This document shows positions 11,954 to 27,204 of a DNA stretch of 64,000 nucleotides, in pieces; positions within the stretch are counted from its first letter, which is position 1; each line of letters starts with the position of its first letter. A program made the translations under genes and the position numbers. The notes beneath the pieces were generated by a model that was not told the origin of the DNA, did no database searches, and saw only the letters and a list, made by a program, of their open reading frames with translations. Source of the stretch: Babesia bigemina (Eukaryota); NCBI RefSeq assembly GCF_000981445.1, contig NC_027216.1, positions 1,240,001-1,304,000 of the forward strand, given 5' to 3'.

Positions 11954-13432
11954 TCGACGCGCGCACAAGCCCTTGAAACGAAGAAAAAAACCTCTATAGT
12001 TTGCCATTGCGATGAAGGGCAGTTCGACGTCACACAGAACTTCCTATTAGTTTCACATCTGTAAAAATTTTCCCGCCTAGTACATGACCGATGGACCTGA
12101 CAAATTACGGTGCAAACGCTTTTGTCAGTACAGCCTCCAGACTCTTGTTGGCCAAATGCCCATTATACCTCTTCGTAGGCAGATGTGTAAAGCTGAGAGT
12201 CTCAAATCGGTATGCAGCTATGTCGAAGTAACTCCCCTCGCTGGATCAGGCTACGCAACAATGCGTTGGCTACAAGTGGCAACTCGCCGTTACCTCGTAT
12301 GCGAAATATATAATGTGAGAGAACGGCGAAAAGGTGCCGATTACAATGGTAATGGCGACAGGCCCGCGCGATTCAACACCCTGCAAGGGGCGCGGATGTG
12401 TGGTAATGCGCCGCGGCTCCACATCCGTACTGGAACTGAGCTATGAAATAAACGGATAAACACATACACCCGATTGTATCATATGTCCTACTCACGCCAT
12501 TTATTGCTTCGTCGATATCCATCAATCATTGTGTATTTACTGCAACGCTTGTACTTCGACATTGGACATCCACGGATGCCGTACAAACATGACCTCCTTT
12601 TATATACAATTTAATAATTCAACGATCGTAAGAGACTATAAGTGGTTTTCACGGAACCGAGTTGCGAAACAGCGCACATCTGCATACGCGACTAAACGTA
12701 ATGCGTGTTACACATTTGCAATTTCCATATATTCGCTGCCGAATACAGTATCACCGATGTCGTTGTGTGAGTCACTATAAGAGAAAAACGAAACGAGGTT
12801 GTCGAAAGTAGAATACACACTTAGTCAGCGTAGACAAGAGTAGCCTTATGGGAAGCAAACCCGGCGGCAGCTTCTGCCGGTTGCCTTGCACCTTAGAAAA
12901 GAAAAGAAAAAAGCAGCATATGAGGCTGTTTTTTCTTCTATTATGGGGAATTCTGTCTAAGGTCGCGTCCACACAGCGGGGCAACCGGGCCTGCGACACG
13001 CTTGTATCACCACCCACTATCAAAAAAAATTTTAATTCGTCGAAATTTTGTACTCACGGATTGCTAATATTAGTGCCGATTGAGCAAGCCGTCTATGTTC
13101 GACGGTAATTTTACGAAACTGTTGGACTCGCTGGTTCGCCGCGCTCCCGTGCCTTCGATTAAGCCCATATCAGACTTCGAGGTGAGGGTTATTACGTGCT
13201 CTATCTGATTACCGCATTGTAAAAACGTTGGCCAAAATTTCCGTGGCACCGGTTGGCGTCACATATTGTAAACTCTGTATCCCAAACGGTGGTCGTACTG
13301 GAGTTAGTTCCTTCTCGTTTTAGTGTGAGATTTGCACCCTCAATTTGATATTATGGTGTGAGGAATTCCACGGTTGATAACTTGTTTCGACTATCCTTTA
13401 ATTCCGCCGCAGGGAAGAGCTAGGGACGCTAA

Positions 13433-15877
<2,445 letters not shown>

Positions 15878-15899
15878 ACTGCTATAAAGACTACTACAA

Positions 15900-16694
15900 C
15901 TATTTGAATTTTGTAACATAAGTCCCACTAAATGCCTGCGGGAATGGGTCGAACACTGGTAGCGCAGATTCGACAACGCGGTCTATGATGTGTTGAGGCA
16001 TTGCCACGTCGCCTCCGTAGTCCTTCAGTGAGTTACCTACGAGTACGACATTCGAAAGGTCGTATCGCATATGTGATCTCGCTCCGCCTGCCCCGCACAG
16101 TTCCTTAGCTGCCGCAAGCGGGTCCGCCCCCGCCTCAATGGCTAGCAACACGGCTCTGTAGAGTGCGGCTTCACAGTGAGGCATCCAGAGCAGTAACTGT
16201 GGCTCACTGACTGCGGAACCAGAGTCCTCCTGGTATATTTGATGGCGGGATTCACATAGAGATTGCAAGCCGGGGAGATCGACCCTGAAGTCATGCAGCA
16301 GCGATCGGCAAGCTTCCACGTCATTCACGTCCATTATAGGATCGAAAACGTCAACTCGATTGATGTTTAGGGTTTCACGCACAATGAGGCAAACTGCAAG
16401 TTGACAACAACATGAGCGGATCAATGGCAGAGAGAGTGCCGTTGGTGAGCCCAGTCCCAGAGCCACGATGCGGGTGGTCTGTTGGGAGCCCAAATGGGAA
16501 TGCAAAGTTTGAAGCACAATTTTCAAAAACTTTTGCGCTTCCTTCCACGCTTCATGAACCTCCCGAATCACGCGGTCGCGGGCGCAGCGCCAGACGGACT
16601 CATCTAGATTACCTCTGCGGGGGATGTGCACATTCGCGCGGCGCCGAGAAGGCCGTCCGGTAACGAAAATCCAATCGCCATCATCGCCCTTCAT
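15900..16694 (-). CDS. SRR1-domain protein
   Basis: GDWIFVTGRPSRRR, VALGLGS, CQLA, VFDPIM, WMPHCE..LY, LVGNSL and AFS motifs of the SRR1/Ber1 family. Confidence 0.85.
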   Translation of the reverse strand: MKGDDGDWIFVTGRPSRRRANVHIPRRGNLDESVWRCARDRVIREVHEAWKEAQKFLKIVLQTLHSHLGSQQTTRIVALGLGSPTALSLPLIRSCCCQLAVCLIVRETLNINRVDVFDPIMDVNDVEACRSLLHDFRVDLPGLQSLCESRHQIYQEDSGSAVSEPQLLLWMPHCEAALYRAVLLAIEAGADPLAAAKELCGAGGARSHMRYDLSNVVLVGNSLKDYGGDVAMPQHIIDRVVESALPVFDPFPQAFSGTYVTKFK

Positions 16695-19623
16695 AATACT
16701 GTTTCTGGTGCTTGGTTTTTCGCTCGGCGGCGCCTTGGGCGGTCTGGACCACCAGCACGCGAGGTCTGCACAGTTGAATGTAGATATAGCTAGAGATTCC
16801 TACCTCTTTAGCAATGTGCTTTATGATATAGTCGGCGCGCTTTGCGAACTCGCTCGGTAGTCGGGTGCGGAGAAAAGTGTTAAACTGCCAGCGAGGATCC
16901 AATCTGGAAAGCTCAGACAGATCGTCCCACATGTCGTAACCTGCAATCGTGTAAAAGAACACAATGTGTCTTACCTAGTAGCGCAATGATATTCACCATC
17001 CATCGGTCTTCGTCTTCGGTAAAAGGGCATTTACCGCGGTGCGCAGCAAAAAGCGCATCGGTACCAACCCATGGATTTGCCAATAATCGTTGTTTGGTTA
17101 GCACCATCTGAGCGCGATGAGAATCACTGAAAACGTGACGTGCCTGATGCAGTTGATTTCTCTTCAAAAGTATATCTTCACCCAGCTCTATACGCTTTAT
17201 GTACTTCTCCCACTCAGGGATATCTGTATACCGCTTCCAGAACACCTTGACGTATCTCTCAACTTCATCGCGGCTTTTCCCCTTGATGCATGAAGTAATG
17301 GCATCAATGTCATAGCGGCTGTATTGCGCATTAGCTCTGCAGTAATATTGCGTTGGTCTAAATGAACCCACTTTATAAATGCACTGAAATTTTTTTTAGT
17401 CCATTCGCCGAAACCTTGTGAAAGCAGCCGGTCACGCTTGATGCGCTGTTCATCGTCCAAGTCTCCCAGTTCTTGCTCAAGCTGGTCAAGCTTCGTCAGC
17501 TCAGCTTTGTTGAAGAATTGCCAGTCCTGATTCACAGATGTAAGGGTTTTGCGCAAAATTACCTGGATGAGCATATTCCTCGTGTACTTAGCTGCAAGTC
17601 TGCCGTCAGGCTCAGTCATTCGAGCCGTTGTAATGCGCATACGACGGCGAGCATCACCTTCGCTTCCACTCTCATCCTGAAAACGCAGAGCCGTCAGCTC
17701 ATCCCACGCCTGTTGATCTAGTTTCTGCATCTCACCCTCTGGAACATCGTACTCGTAGAGTTGCTGCGTGGAGGGATTAGTGGAAAAGTCAAGCAACGCC
17801 TTCCTGGTGTGTGCTTTCAACTTGTCGTTGAGCATATTGGCGCGCTCTTGTCCCTTGCTTAAAATTGCGTCAAGGTCGGCTTCAGTTATGTCTTCGTCTC
17901 CTGCCTTGAAAATGTGTCCAGCTCCGAATTGTACCATCTCCAGCAGCTCCTTCTGACCCAGCCTGCCACTTTGGATAACTGCAGAATCCAACTGCAACTT
18001 GATGGTAGCTCGTTCAATAACCTTTTCCTCAATGGTATACTCATGAACCAAACGATAGACATGTACAGGCTTCATCTGGCCGATGCGGTGCGCTCGGTCT
18101 ATCGCCTGCAGGTCTACTTGAGGATTCCAATCACTGTCGTACAAAATTACCACATCTGCCGTGGCAAGGTTGATTCCTAGGCCTCCCGCGCGGGTTGACA
18201 GCAGGAAAATGCTCACTTCACTATTAGGATCATTGAATGAAGAAATTTGATTGTCACGATCTTCACCAGAAGTGTTCCCGTCGATACGAAAATACTGGTA
18301 GCCGCGCATACGACAATAATCTTCTAAAATATCCAACATACGAGCCATTAGTGAGAATATTAACACGCGTGAATTGGCCTTTAAAAGCCGGCTCAGCAAT
18401 TTGTCAACCACATTAAGCTTACCCGCGTTCTCCACCAGGTGCTCTCCGAATGGGTCCGCTTCACGATCCTCCCATCCCTCGAAAAGATATGGATGATTGC
18501 ACGCCTTACGTAGCTGCATGGCCAAGTTTAATAGTTGCACCTTGACTGCTGACCCGTGGTTGTCCTCCGCTCCTAGCTCTGGAACGTTTTTGCGCAGCAA
18601 TTCCTTGTACAACCGCTTTTGCATGGCGCTCAGGGGAATCATGAGGAGCAGCTCGTTTTTCGGCGGCATATCAGTCAGCACATCCTTCTTAGATCGACGT
18701 AGCATGAATGGTCGCAATATTTCGTGAAGGCGCGCAATTATGGTAAGGTTGCGCGCTTCGCGCTCTTCCTGGGATAGCTCCTTTGGGCCAACTAGGTCAA
18801 ATTCCATCTCAAACTCCTCCGCCGACGAAAAGACCTCGGGGAATAAGAAATTGAGGAGCGCCCATAACTCCTTGAGGTTGTTCTGCAGCGGCGTACCCGT
18901 GATGAGCAACCGGTATTCCGTTTGGAAGAGACGAACTACCTCACTTAGCTTAGACTCCTCATTTTTAATGCGATGTGCCTCGTCGATAAAGATGTAGTGA
19001 AAGTGAAGCTTACATAATGCTGATTTAGTTTTGCAACAAGTCTCGTACGATGTGACAATGACATCGTATTTACGGGGATCAAGTTCATTCATCATCATTT
19101 GGCTACGCTCTTCCTTATTACCAATAAATTTCAGCGCCCTTAGGTCAGGACAAAAGCGATTGATTTCATTGATCCAGTTTCCAATTGTAGACTTCGGCGC
19201 TAAAACGAGGTGCAACCCATTTATGCCTCGGCTTTCCTTCAAGTACGCCATGAGACTGATGGTTTGAAACGTTTTGCCCAACCCCATCTCATCCGCCAGA
19301 ATACCGTTCATGTTTCGGTCGTACAAACCCACCAGCCAACGCAGACCTTCTAGCTGGTATGGCTTCGCAGTGCCTTTCAAATTTGTCGGCTGCGAAGTAA
19401 CCACTGTTCCCTTTTTCCTGTTGGCAGTGCTAGCCCCTGGAGTTGGTTGCATTTTGCTAAATGTTTTCCGACTGTTAGACAGAATGCCCTCTATAAAATG
19501 GTCTTCATGCATTAGCATATGTAGGAGACTGGTCTTCGGCTTCTTCGCTGCAGAAGGAGACTGCACATCCGACCTTGGTTCGGTGCGTGAACTGCCGGTG
19601 GCTTCAGCTGTGCCCCTCTTCAT
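16691..19623 (-). CDS. ISWI: ISWI/SNF2L chromatin-remodelling ATPase with SANT/SLIDE C-terminus, multi-exon
   Basis: GILADEMGLGKT, DEAH, TGTPLQNNL, QLRKACNHPYLF, STRAGGLGINL, QAIDRAHRIGQ, GFGEWTKKNF, SLIDE-like FLRTR...KRAD. The last intron 16766-16803 gives ...PETVL* at 16691. Confidence 0.95.
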
Positions 19624-19803
19624 TTTGCAAACGAATGGGTACAGACACCAGAGATAACCGTATGAGCCAGTGTGTGATTCCGTGCCGATAATGGAGGCAG
19701 AGATGTCACCCAAATCCCGCAGCAATTGCCTGTGCTACACAGGCGACAATTGACGCCGCCAATATATACGTTAACTTTTATTAACACACCAACGCCATAC
19801 AAT

Positions 19804-21805
19804 TCAATTGGTACATATTACACGTCGTGCACGGAGTAGCGATAGGATAAAATGTTTGCAACTAAAGTTAGCCGTGCCTCCCGTCGCGCCATACACGGGC
19901 GAAGTCAGTACCTAAAACACCAGCTTTCGCGAAAGATTTGTTGACACATTGTATGAAATAGCCGGTACACATCCGTGTGTATGGTTCTTTGAAAAAAGAT
20001 GCTCCAGTGTGCGTGAGTATTGTTGCGCGCGTGGTCCCATAGACACCGACGGGAGGTCGTCCAACACGGTTAGAGCTTCCGACTCGCTGACACATACAAG
20101 CGCTGTACGCGCAACGTTTTCGTGACCGAATAAAACGTAGCTAACGCCTTCTATGGTGTCTAACTGCAGATCGACCCCTCCCCCGCACATAGTCGGCAGC
20201 CGCGACGGAATCTTTGACGCAACGAAATGTGAAAGGCTCCCGGGAAGCTCTTCATACGCCTGAATGAAAAGCAAAGACTCGTATAACTCCTCTTGCTGTT
20301 TAAGCGACAGTCTTTTGTAGCAAGAGTTCATGTGCCGTAGGAGGACGCCCAAACGATCTTCCACGACTTGCTTACCGTGGTGCCTGAGGCGTAAATAGTT
20401 TCATATAACATGTATAAATGTACCTAACCACGATGGATATGGCATACAGCAGCTGGCATGCCGAGGATGGCGATAGAAGCGTAACCGGGTTTTTTAAAGA
20501 GCGCTCCAGGAATGCCAGAGTGCTACGATGCCCGCCTCTTTCTAACAGACAAAGCAGATAGATGTGGTAAGGCAACGTGTCGGTAACGTATTTGGGATTA
20601 TCCATCATAAGCTCCATAGAGTCCATTATCGTATCTAAAACCCGAGCCAGCGCCACTCTAAAGACGGAACATATACGCAAAGCGCATTAAACCACCTACC
20701 CTGACGAGCTTTGCAACAGCAGCAGTCTTGATATATTATCCGGCGTCTGCGACTCGGACGCAATATGAGAGAGCAAAGAGCCACTACATATCATGATCTT
20801 AGACCGAATAGCACCCACGTTATCGCGGCTGATGCTTCATGTTTGCTGCTACGGCTAGTAGCCGACAAGAGGTATACGAGTTGCTTAATCGTCAGGTTCT
20901 GAGACATATATAACAGTTGGCACCTATCTCATACCTCTAACTTTGTAAGATACGTATCCATCACTCGGTCTAGCACAGCACACTGTTCGCTCCTGAATCG
21001 GGAAAGGGCCTCGGCGCACCTGGTAGGATGTAAAGCAGAAAAAGTTTGTCATTATACCTTATCGACCGTGCTCCCAAGGTGTCATAGTGGAGCATGGCTT
21101 GAGAACGAAACATCTCTATCAGGTCTGCGTCATCGCATCCAACGTGGCTGCAATTAAGAACGATATCAGGAAGCTCCGCCACGTAATTATGCAGGTAGCG
21201 CTTCACCGCAAGCATTACATGGTCTATTACCTAGTAATTCTGTGCAAGAGTCGTTGCAATAAACGTACGGCGGGATGGGTTACGTGCATGCGCTTCAAGA
21301 GTGTGAGCGTATGGGCAACCCGAATCGGGGAGGCATTTTCGCAGATTTCCTGTATCCTACGCATAACGTATACACAAATCCATCGTTACCTTTCGCTTAA
21401 CACGAGCAGCAATACTTGATTGGCAAAACCAACGTTGGCAAAGGCGTTCATGCCCTGAAACATTGCGGTAACGGTGAAACGTTGTGCGTACCCTGACTAT
21501 CTGAAGGTCTGACATATCGTTCGATCCATTATGAAACGTTGCAGATGCACGTTGTGCGGTTTCGGCACAATTGCGCTGCTCTAGGCACTGCAGAAGGTTG
21601 TAATGTTACATGAAAACATGACGAGTGAAAGGCACATGTAACCTACAAGTTGCTCAACGCTTCGTACGGCCTTTTCAGCACGCTCTTGGCTTCTTGACGT
21701 GACGAAACAGCGGTTTAAATATCGGCATAGAGGCAAACGATTCTTGGCTGCAAGAACCGCTGCCTTGTACACCAGCGTCACTTTGGACACCTGACGGGTC
21801 CACAT
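19804..21805 (-). CDS. Multi-exon hypothetical protein, possibly an organellar RAP/helical-repeat RNA-binding protein
   Basis: Basic, transit-peptide-like N-terminus MWTRQVSK...RCFVTSR. Chain of helical exons with short GT-AG introns (e.g. MNAFANVGFAN, ACQLLYAISIV). The 3' end is either 19912 or 19804. Confidence 0.5.
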
Positions 21806-21972
21806 AGTCCGCCACAATGATGCATTAGACACGGATATACATACTGTTATATTACATCAATTGTCCTTTTCGAACAATTTACGTCTACTACTGAGTGCTT
21901 CATATGAGGTAGCCAAGGGAATCCAATCCCAGTGTGGAATCGCGCACGAGCGATTCGATTCGTTTTATTGTA

Positions 21973-23318
21973 TTAACCATCTAGCTCATCTGAATACTCA
22001 ACTGCACCTGTAGATGCCAAAAATGTCGAATTGCTGAGGTGTGTATATTGGTGGTAAATACAATGGTCACCTACCGACACACAAGCATTTCCATGGATCC
22101 CCTGGACCAGCGGTCCACGTATTGCTTTGCTAATCCGCAGAGCGAATCGTTTTCGAAGATTATACCGGAAAAGACCACTCTGCGCTTTTGATAAGTTGTA
22201 AGATTCGCACTTACGTCTTAATTCCGTTTAGTTGCGCATGCAGAATGGCGTGGTGCGTAACACTGATAATTAGCATATTGACCAGACTATAAGCGACGTC
22301 TTGCTTCTTAGGAACCTACGATGAAACTACAAATGCGCCATAAACTACTTACATGTCGCGGAAATGGTGACAAAAGCTTGTTCGTTACGTCAGGTGTCAC
22401 GGTATTATCACAGCAATCCGAGAGCGCTACTTCCGCTCGTACACTCGAACTCTGCGACGCACTATGCGCGGTATCATCGCCATTCCCTTCAACGTGCTTA
22501 CGATCATCCCCATGTTCCTCTGCACAGTCCCATAGGCTTGGATGTTTGTGGAGCATGCCGAACGACGCTGCTAAAGTGTCCCCAGAAAGGCCGATATCAG
22601 CACAGTCACCACCGTAAGCGTTACGTACTAACATGTCACATGATTTGCTGGATCCGTACACGGCCAATTCAGCTATCTCAGGCATTTCAACACGCACTGA
22701 ATCCTCGCCGAGACCGTAGCGGGAGAGGAACATGTTGTAGAGATAAGTCACTGCCGAGGACCCGATGACGGAATGCCAAACATGCCGCTTATTATAGTCC
22801 TTTGACACTTGGATTTTGTATGACGCTCCTGAATGAACTGCAGCATGCATATGACCATTCGTTGCCGTTATGTCAAATGGCGTCGTCGACGGGGGCTCAC
22901 CGTTAACGACCACGACCCCCCCGGGAGATGCTACGAAAAGCGACTCTCCAAAGTGTACACACGCTTCGTGATCACGTTCCGCAATGATAGCATCTGGCAA
23001 AAGTGACTCCAAGGTGTGCAGCAGCGATGCAGATGCATTGCCACATAAGGTGACTCTCCTTATATTTCTTCTATATTGCGATGCCAGATGCGTTGTGGCA
23101 TCAATGTGAGTGGCTTGAACCGATAAGAAGCGATATTTGCGACTACCGCTCCTACACTCCGTGTTACCTGCAATATGACGGTATACGAAGTTGCTCCTGT
23201 CCACAAACTCGTCGGTATCTCTGCATTCTTCATCGGAGTCGCAACCGACAGTGATAAAGATTCGACCAATTAGATTCTTTGTTGCGTAACTGCAGTCTAC
23301 ACCTATTGAATTACCCAT
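21973..23318 (-). CDS. PanK2: Type II pantothenate kinase homologue, PanK2-like (degenerate), 4 exons
   Basis: MGNSIGVDCS; DMLVRNAYGGD...GLSGDTLAASFG; spliced C-terminus KQDVAYSLVNML...VVFSG...FLASTGA. Confidence 0.8.
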
Positions 23319-24807
23319 ATTACCAACTACAGCGTCTCATATCTATATGCAGTAGATGTAAGGTCATTGTAGGACTACACACCACGAGTTTAATTGCGAT
23401 TTTAAGCTCCAAGACGGATACCAATATCTCGTCACTAACGGTACGACTATTTGTGAATTAATATACATACAACGTCCGTATTTTTCGGAATTCTACTGGC
23501 TACCCATGCTTTATATGGAAATAGGCGGCATTTGTCCCTACCCGAGAGTCTCGCCTAGGTGTGGACTCTCACATCAAATGCATTCGTCAGTCCATATACA
23601 CCTTACATGGCTTTAGGCTTAATATTTAACCGTAATAAATGTATTGTCGCATTTCACCAGTGAGGAAGGTTTGTATTGCAACGAGTGTATCCCGGTAAAA
23701 CGTTATGCTGCCTTCCGTCAAGGAGGATGTTGGCGATAACCGCATCGGTTCGAACACAATACGATACTTATTTGCAGTAAAATACTAGTACACACTTGGT
23801 TGGTGAAATTGCAGCTGAAATCAACCACTATAAGTGCTCACGTGGAGGGGGCAAATATTGCATTCCGTAGCAGTGTACGACGAAGGCGCCATCATGTAGA
23901 TATCATTCGCTTATCTTGTATTCTATTATGTTGCGTGGATGTGTAGAAACAATATGCATTTATTGATTTATATAACTATGTTTTAGTGCTTAAATCATAT
24001 ATACATCTGCAACATTCGACGTGCGACGAATTTATCGCGAATCTAGATCTAATAATGCCAAAGGTCAAATATGCGAACAGAATCCGGCGACGCTACTTAC
24101 ACACCACTAATATCAGAGTTGCATCTTAAACTACACATGCCGATCACACCTTGCGGTGTCTAAAACTGGGATACAGCATCTTGCGATTGCAGACTGCACT
24201 GAATCCTTGAGCATAACAAGGACAACTGCGTATATACTAGTAATAAAAGGATTTAAGGCAACAAAACGTGCGACATCAGACCGCAGCGTCGCACATATAG
24301 AGAGGTTGTGGGCAACGTATTGCTAACAGCGAAATAGTGCTCCATGGAAAAAAATGAAGAAAATGTAGCAGCACGAACACCCACGAATCTGCATCCCCGC
24401 GAAAACGCCCAACCAATAAGCGGGAGGTCATATTATATAATTGTTAACAACAGACGTTGCTATTATTAGCGACGCGACCAATTGCGATTGAAAATAATTG
24501 CCAAGTCTGCATAAGTGAGTCTATGTTTTTTAAATGTGTCGATGGTAAACGAGTATTCGTGCGTGGTCCGTGTCGTGGTGTAGCTAGTAGTTGGCAAAAG
24601 TGGAAGCCAGCAAAGCCTTGCAAGCTATAATTCCCTGCAGGACACACCGGCGTGTATAAGGAGACGCCAAATATATACAGTCGCAATAAAAATATTGCGT
24701 TCTGCTATATACGTCCCTTGCACACTGCACATATTGGTGAAGACGTTAAAATTCCGTCGCCAAAAACCTTCATAAGTATCACGGGAAATTGAGGACTGAT
24801 CGTAAAA

Positions 24808-27204
24808 ATGAGGAGATCATTTGCTGTAATGCTCCAGTGCATTGCGACAATCTTCGCCGTCATCCATTTCCAAAATGTTGAGGTTTTCGCTAATGAGGAG
24901 AAGGGTGTTGAATCAAGCATTGACTCCGCCGATTTCGGCAGCGACAATATTCAGCCGAGGATCCACGTCGAAAGTACTGAGGAAGACACATCGGATGGCG
25001 CTGCCGACAGCGAGGTAGTGATTACCGAACCTGAAGACACAGTCAGTTTATCCGACGATGAGATGTCGAGCGCTGCGAAACACGGGGAAAGCCACACGTA
25101 CCAGGCTGATTTCGCCAGAGTTATGGATATAATCGTCAACTCGCTTTACTCTAAAAAGGAAGTGTTCCTTAGGGAGCTGATCTCAAACTCGGCTGATGCT
25201 CTGGAAAAATACAAAATTTTAGAACTCCGAGAAAATCGCGCTGATTCGGGTGACGAATTGGCCATAAGGATTAGGGCATCGGCTGCCAAGAGGACTCTCA
25301 CAATTCTTGACACCGGTGTCGGTATGACGAAGCACGAACTGATTAACAACCTCGGAACGATTGCCAAATCCGGTACTGCTAACTTCGTAGACGCGATATC
25401 TAAGGGTGAGAATGATGCCAACCTTATTGGTCAATTCGGTGTCGGTTTCTACTCTGTCTTCCTCGTTGCGGACAGCGTTGTGGTACAGTCTAAGCATTGG
25501 AACGACAAACAATACGTCTGGAAATCGTCAGCTGACACAAAGTACGAGCTCTACGAAGACCCAAAGGGCAATACACTTGGTGAGCACGGTACTCAAATCA
25601 CGCTGTTCCTGAAAGAGGACGCCACGGAATATCTCGAAGCCGCAAAGATCGAAGAATTAATAAAGAAGCATAGCCAATTCGTTAGGTTCCCCATCTACGT
25701 CCTTACTGTGGACAAGGAATCTAAAGAAGCCAAATGGAAACACGTCAACGATGTGAAGCCAATTTGGGCAAGAGATAAATCCGAGATTACCGATGAAGAG
25801 TACACGGAATTTTACCAGGCAATCAGCGGCGCACGTTCGAAGCCCCTTGCTCATATTCACTTTGTCGCCGAAGGAGATGTAGAATTTAGATCACTTCTAT
25901 TCATTCCGGAACGCCCTAAGAGCTCGTACTTCGACACCGATGACGTAGGTCACCAGGTTAAGATTTACGCGAGGAGGGTACTGGTGTCGGACCGACTCCC
26001 TGATTTCCTTCCGAGATACCTTTACTCGATTTGCGGTGTAGTCGACAGTGACAATTTCCCTCTTAATGTCTCTCGAGAGCACCTGCAACACAGTAAGATG
26101 ATTAAAATCATCGGTAAGAAGATTGTCAGATCCGTGCTATCCACCCTTCAAAACCTCATGAAAGAAAGCTTCGACAGCAAGAAAAAGTTGCAGGAAGAGA
26201 TTGATGCAGAAACGGATGAGGAAAAGAAAACGGAACTCACGAAAAAGCTGACAGCAAAAACGACATTCGACAAGTTCTACCAAAACTTCCGAGGATCACT
26301 CAAGGTCGCGTGCTATGATGATGCCTCCAACAGAAAGAAGATTGCGAAATTGCTCATGTACCAGACTTCTAAGCACAAGTCGGACGAAATCACACTCGAT
26401 CAGTACATAGCAGAAATGCCGGAGACGCAGAAGGCCATTTACTACGCCAGCGGCGATTCGTACAATGCCATTCACAGCAGCCCCCATCTACAGGGATTCC
26501 ATAAGCGTGGCATCGACGTGCTATACCTCACCGATACTATGGACGAATCGTGCATTAACCAGCTCTACGAGTACGAGGGCAAATCGTTCAAGTCCGTGCA
26601 AAAGGGCGACGTCGACTTTGAGCGCACCCAAGAGGAGGTGGAAAGGGATGAGCTAACTTTGAAGAAGTACGCCCCGCTAATTAAGGTGCTGAAGGAAAAC
26701 ATAAGCGAGATCTACGACGTGCAACTGTCTCGCAGGCTGACTGACGACCCATGCATCGTGGTTGTCACTGAATGGGGAATGTCACCAAACATGGAGAAAA
26801 TCGTCAAATCCTATGTTGTAAACAAGAAGGATGACGATGTGGATCCTTTTGGATCAGGTATGCGTTCTCGCATTTTGGAGATCAATGGTGATCATCCGAT
26901 TATGATTGAGCTGCTTAAGAGATGTAAGAACGACACCGTGGACTCCAGTGTCATCGATTCCATGAAGCTGCTCTACAACGCGGCAAAGCTGGCCGGAGGA
27001 TTCTCGATCGAGAACCCTACCACGCTGACGCGCACGGCATACTCATACCTGTCTGATCAACTCAACGTCGATGCCTCTGCGACCATTGATGACATCGCGT
27101 ACACCCCTGAAGCCGAGGACGAGACCACTGAATCGCCCGAAGACATGGAGCTAGAGGAAATCGACCTCGACGACGAGGGTAAACCTGTCAACGATGAACT
27201 TTGA
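24808..27204 (+). CDS. GRP94: Endoplasmin / GRP94 (ER HSP90)
   Basis: Signal peptide, LRELISNSADAL, NLGTIAKSGT, IGQFGVGFYS, LNVSRE, C-terminal ER-retention signal NDEL. Confidence 0.97.
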   Translation: MRRSFAVMLQCIATIFAVIHFQNVEVFANEEKGVESSIDSADFGSDNIQPRIHVESTEEDTSDGAADSEVVITEPEDTVSLSDDEMSSAAKHGESHTYQADFARVMDIIVNSLYSKKEVFLRELISNSADALEKYKILELRENRADSGDELAIRIRASAAKRTLTILDTGVGMTKHELINNLGTIAKSGTANFVDAISKGENDANLIGQFGVGFYSVFLVADSVVVQSKHWNDKQYVWKSSADTKYELYEDPKGNTLGEHGTQITLFLKEDATEYLEAAKIEELIKKHSQFVRFPIYVLTVDKESKEAKWKHVNDVKPIWARDKSEITDEEYTEFYQAISGARSKPLAHIHFVAEGDVEFRSLLFIPERPKSSYFDTDDVGHQVKIYARRVLVSDRLPDFLPRYLYSICGVVDSDNFPLNVSREHLQHSKMIKIIGKKIVRSVLSTLQNLMKESFDSKKKLQEEIDAETDEEKKTELTKKLTAKTTFDKFYQNFRGSLKVACYDDASNRKKIAKLLMYQTSKHKSDEITLDQYIAEMPETQKAIYYASGDSYNAIHSSPHLQGFHKRGIDVLYLTDTMDESCINQLYEYEGKSFKSVQKGDVDFERTQEEVERDELTLKKYAPLIKVLKENISEIYDVQLSRRLTDDPCIVVVTEWGMSPNMEKIVKSYVVNKKDDDVDPFGSGMRSRILEINGDHPIMIELLKRCKNDTVDSSVIDSMKLLYNAAKLAGGFSIENPTTLTRTAYSYLSDQLNVDASATIDDIAYTPEAEDETTESPEDMELEEIDLDDEGKPVNDEL

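Noticed and set aside
24375..24485. CCACG and CCAAT elements upstream of GRP94 (ERSE-like)
   Set aside because: Order and spacing do not match CCAAT-N9-CCACG, and apicomplexans are not known to use ATF6.
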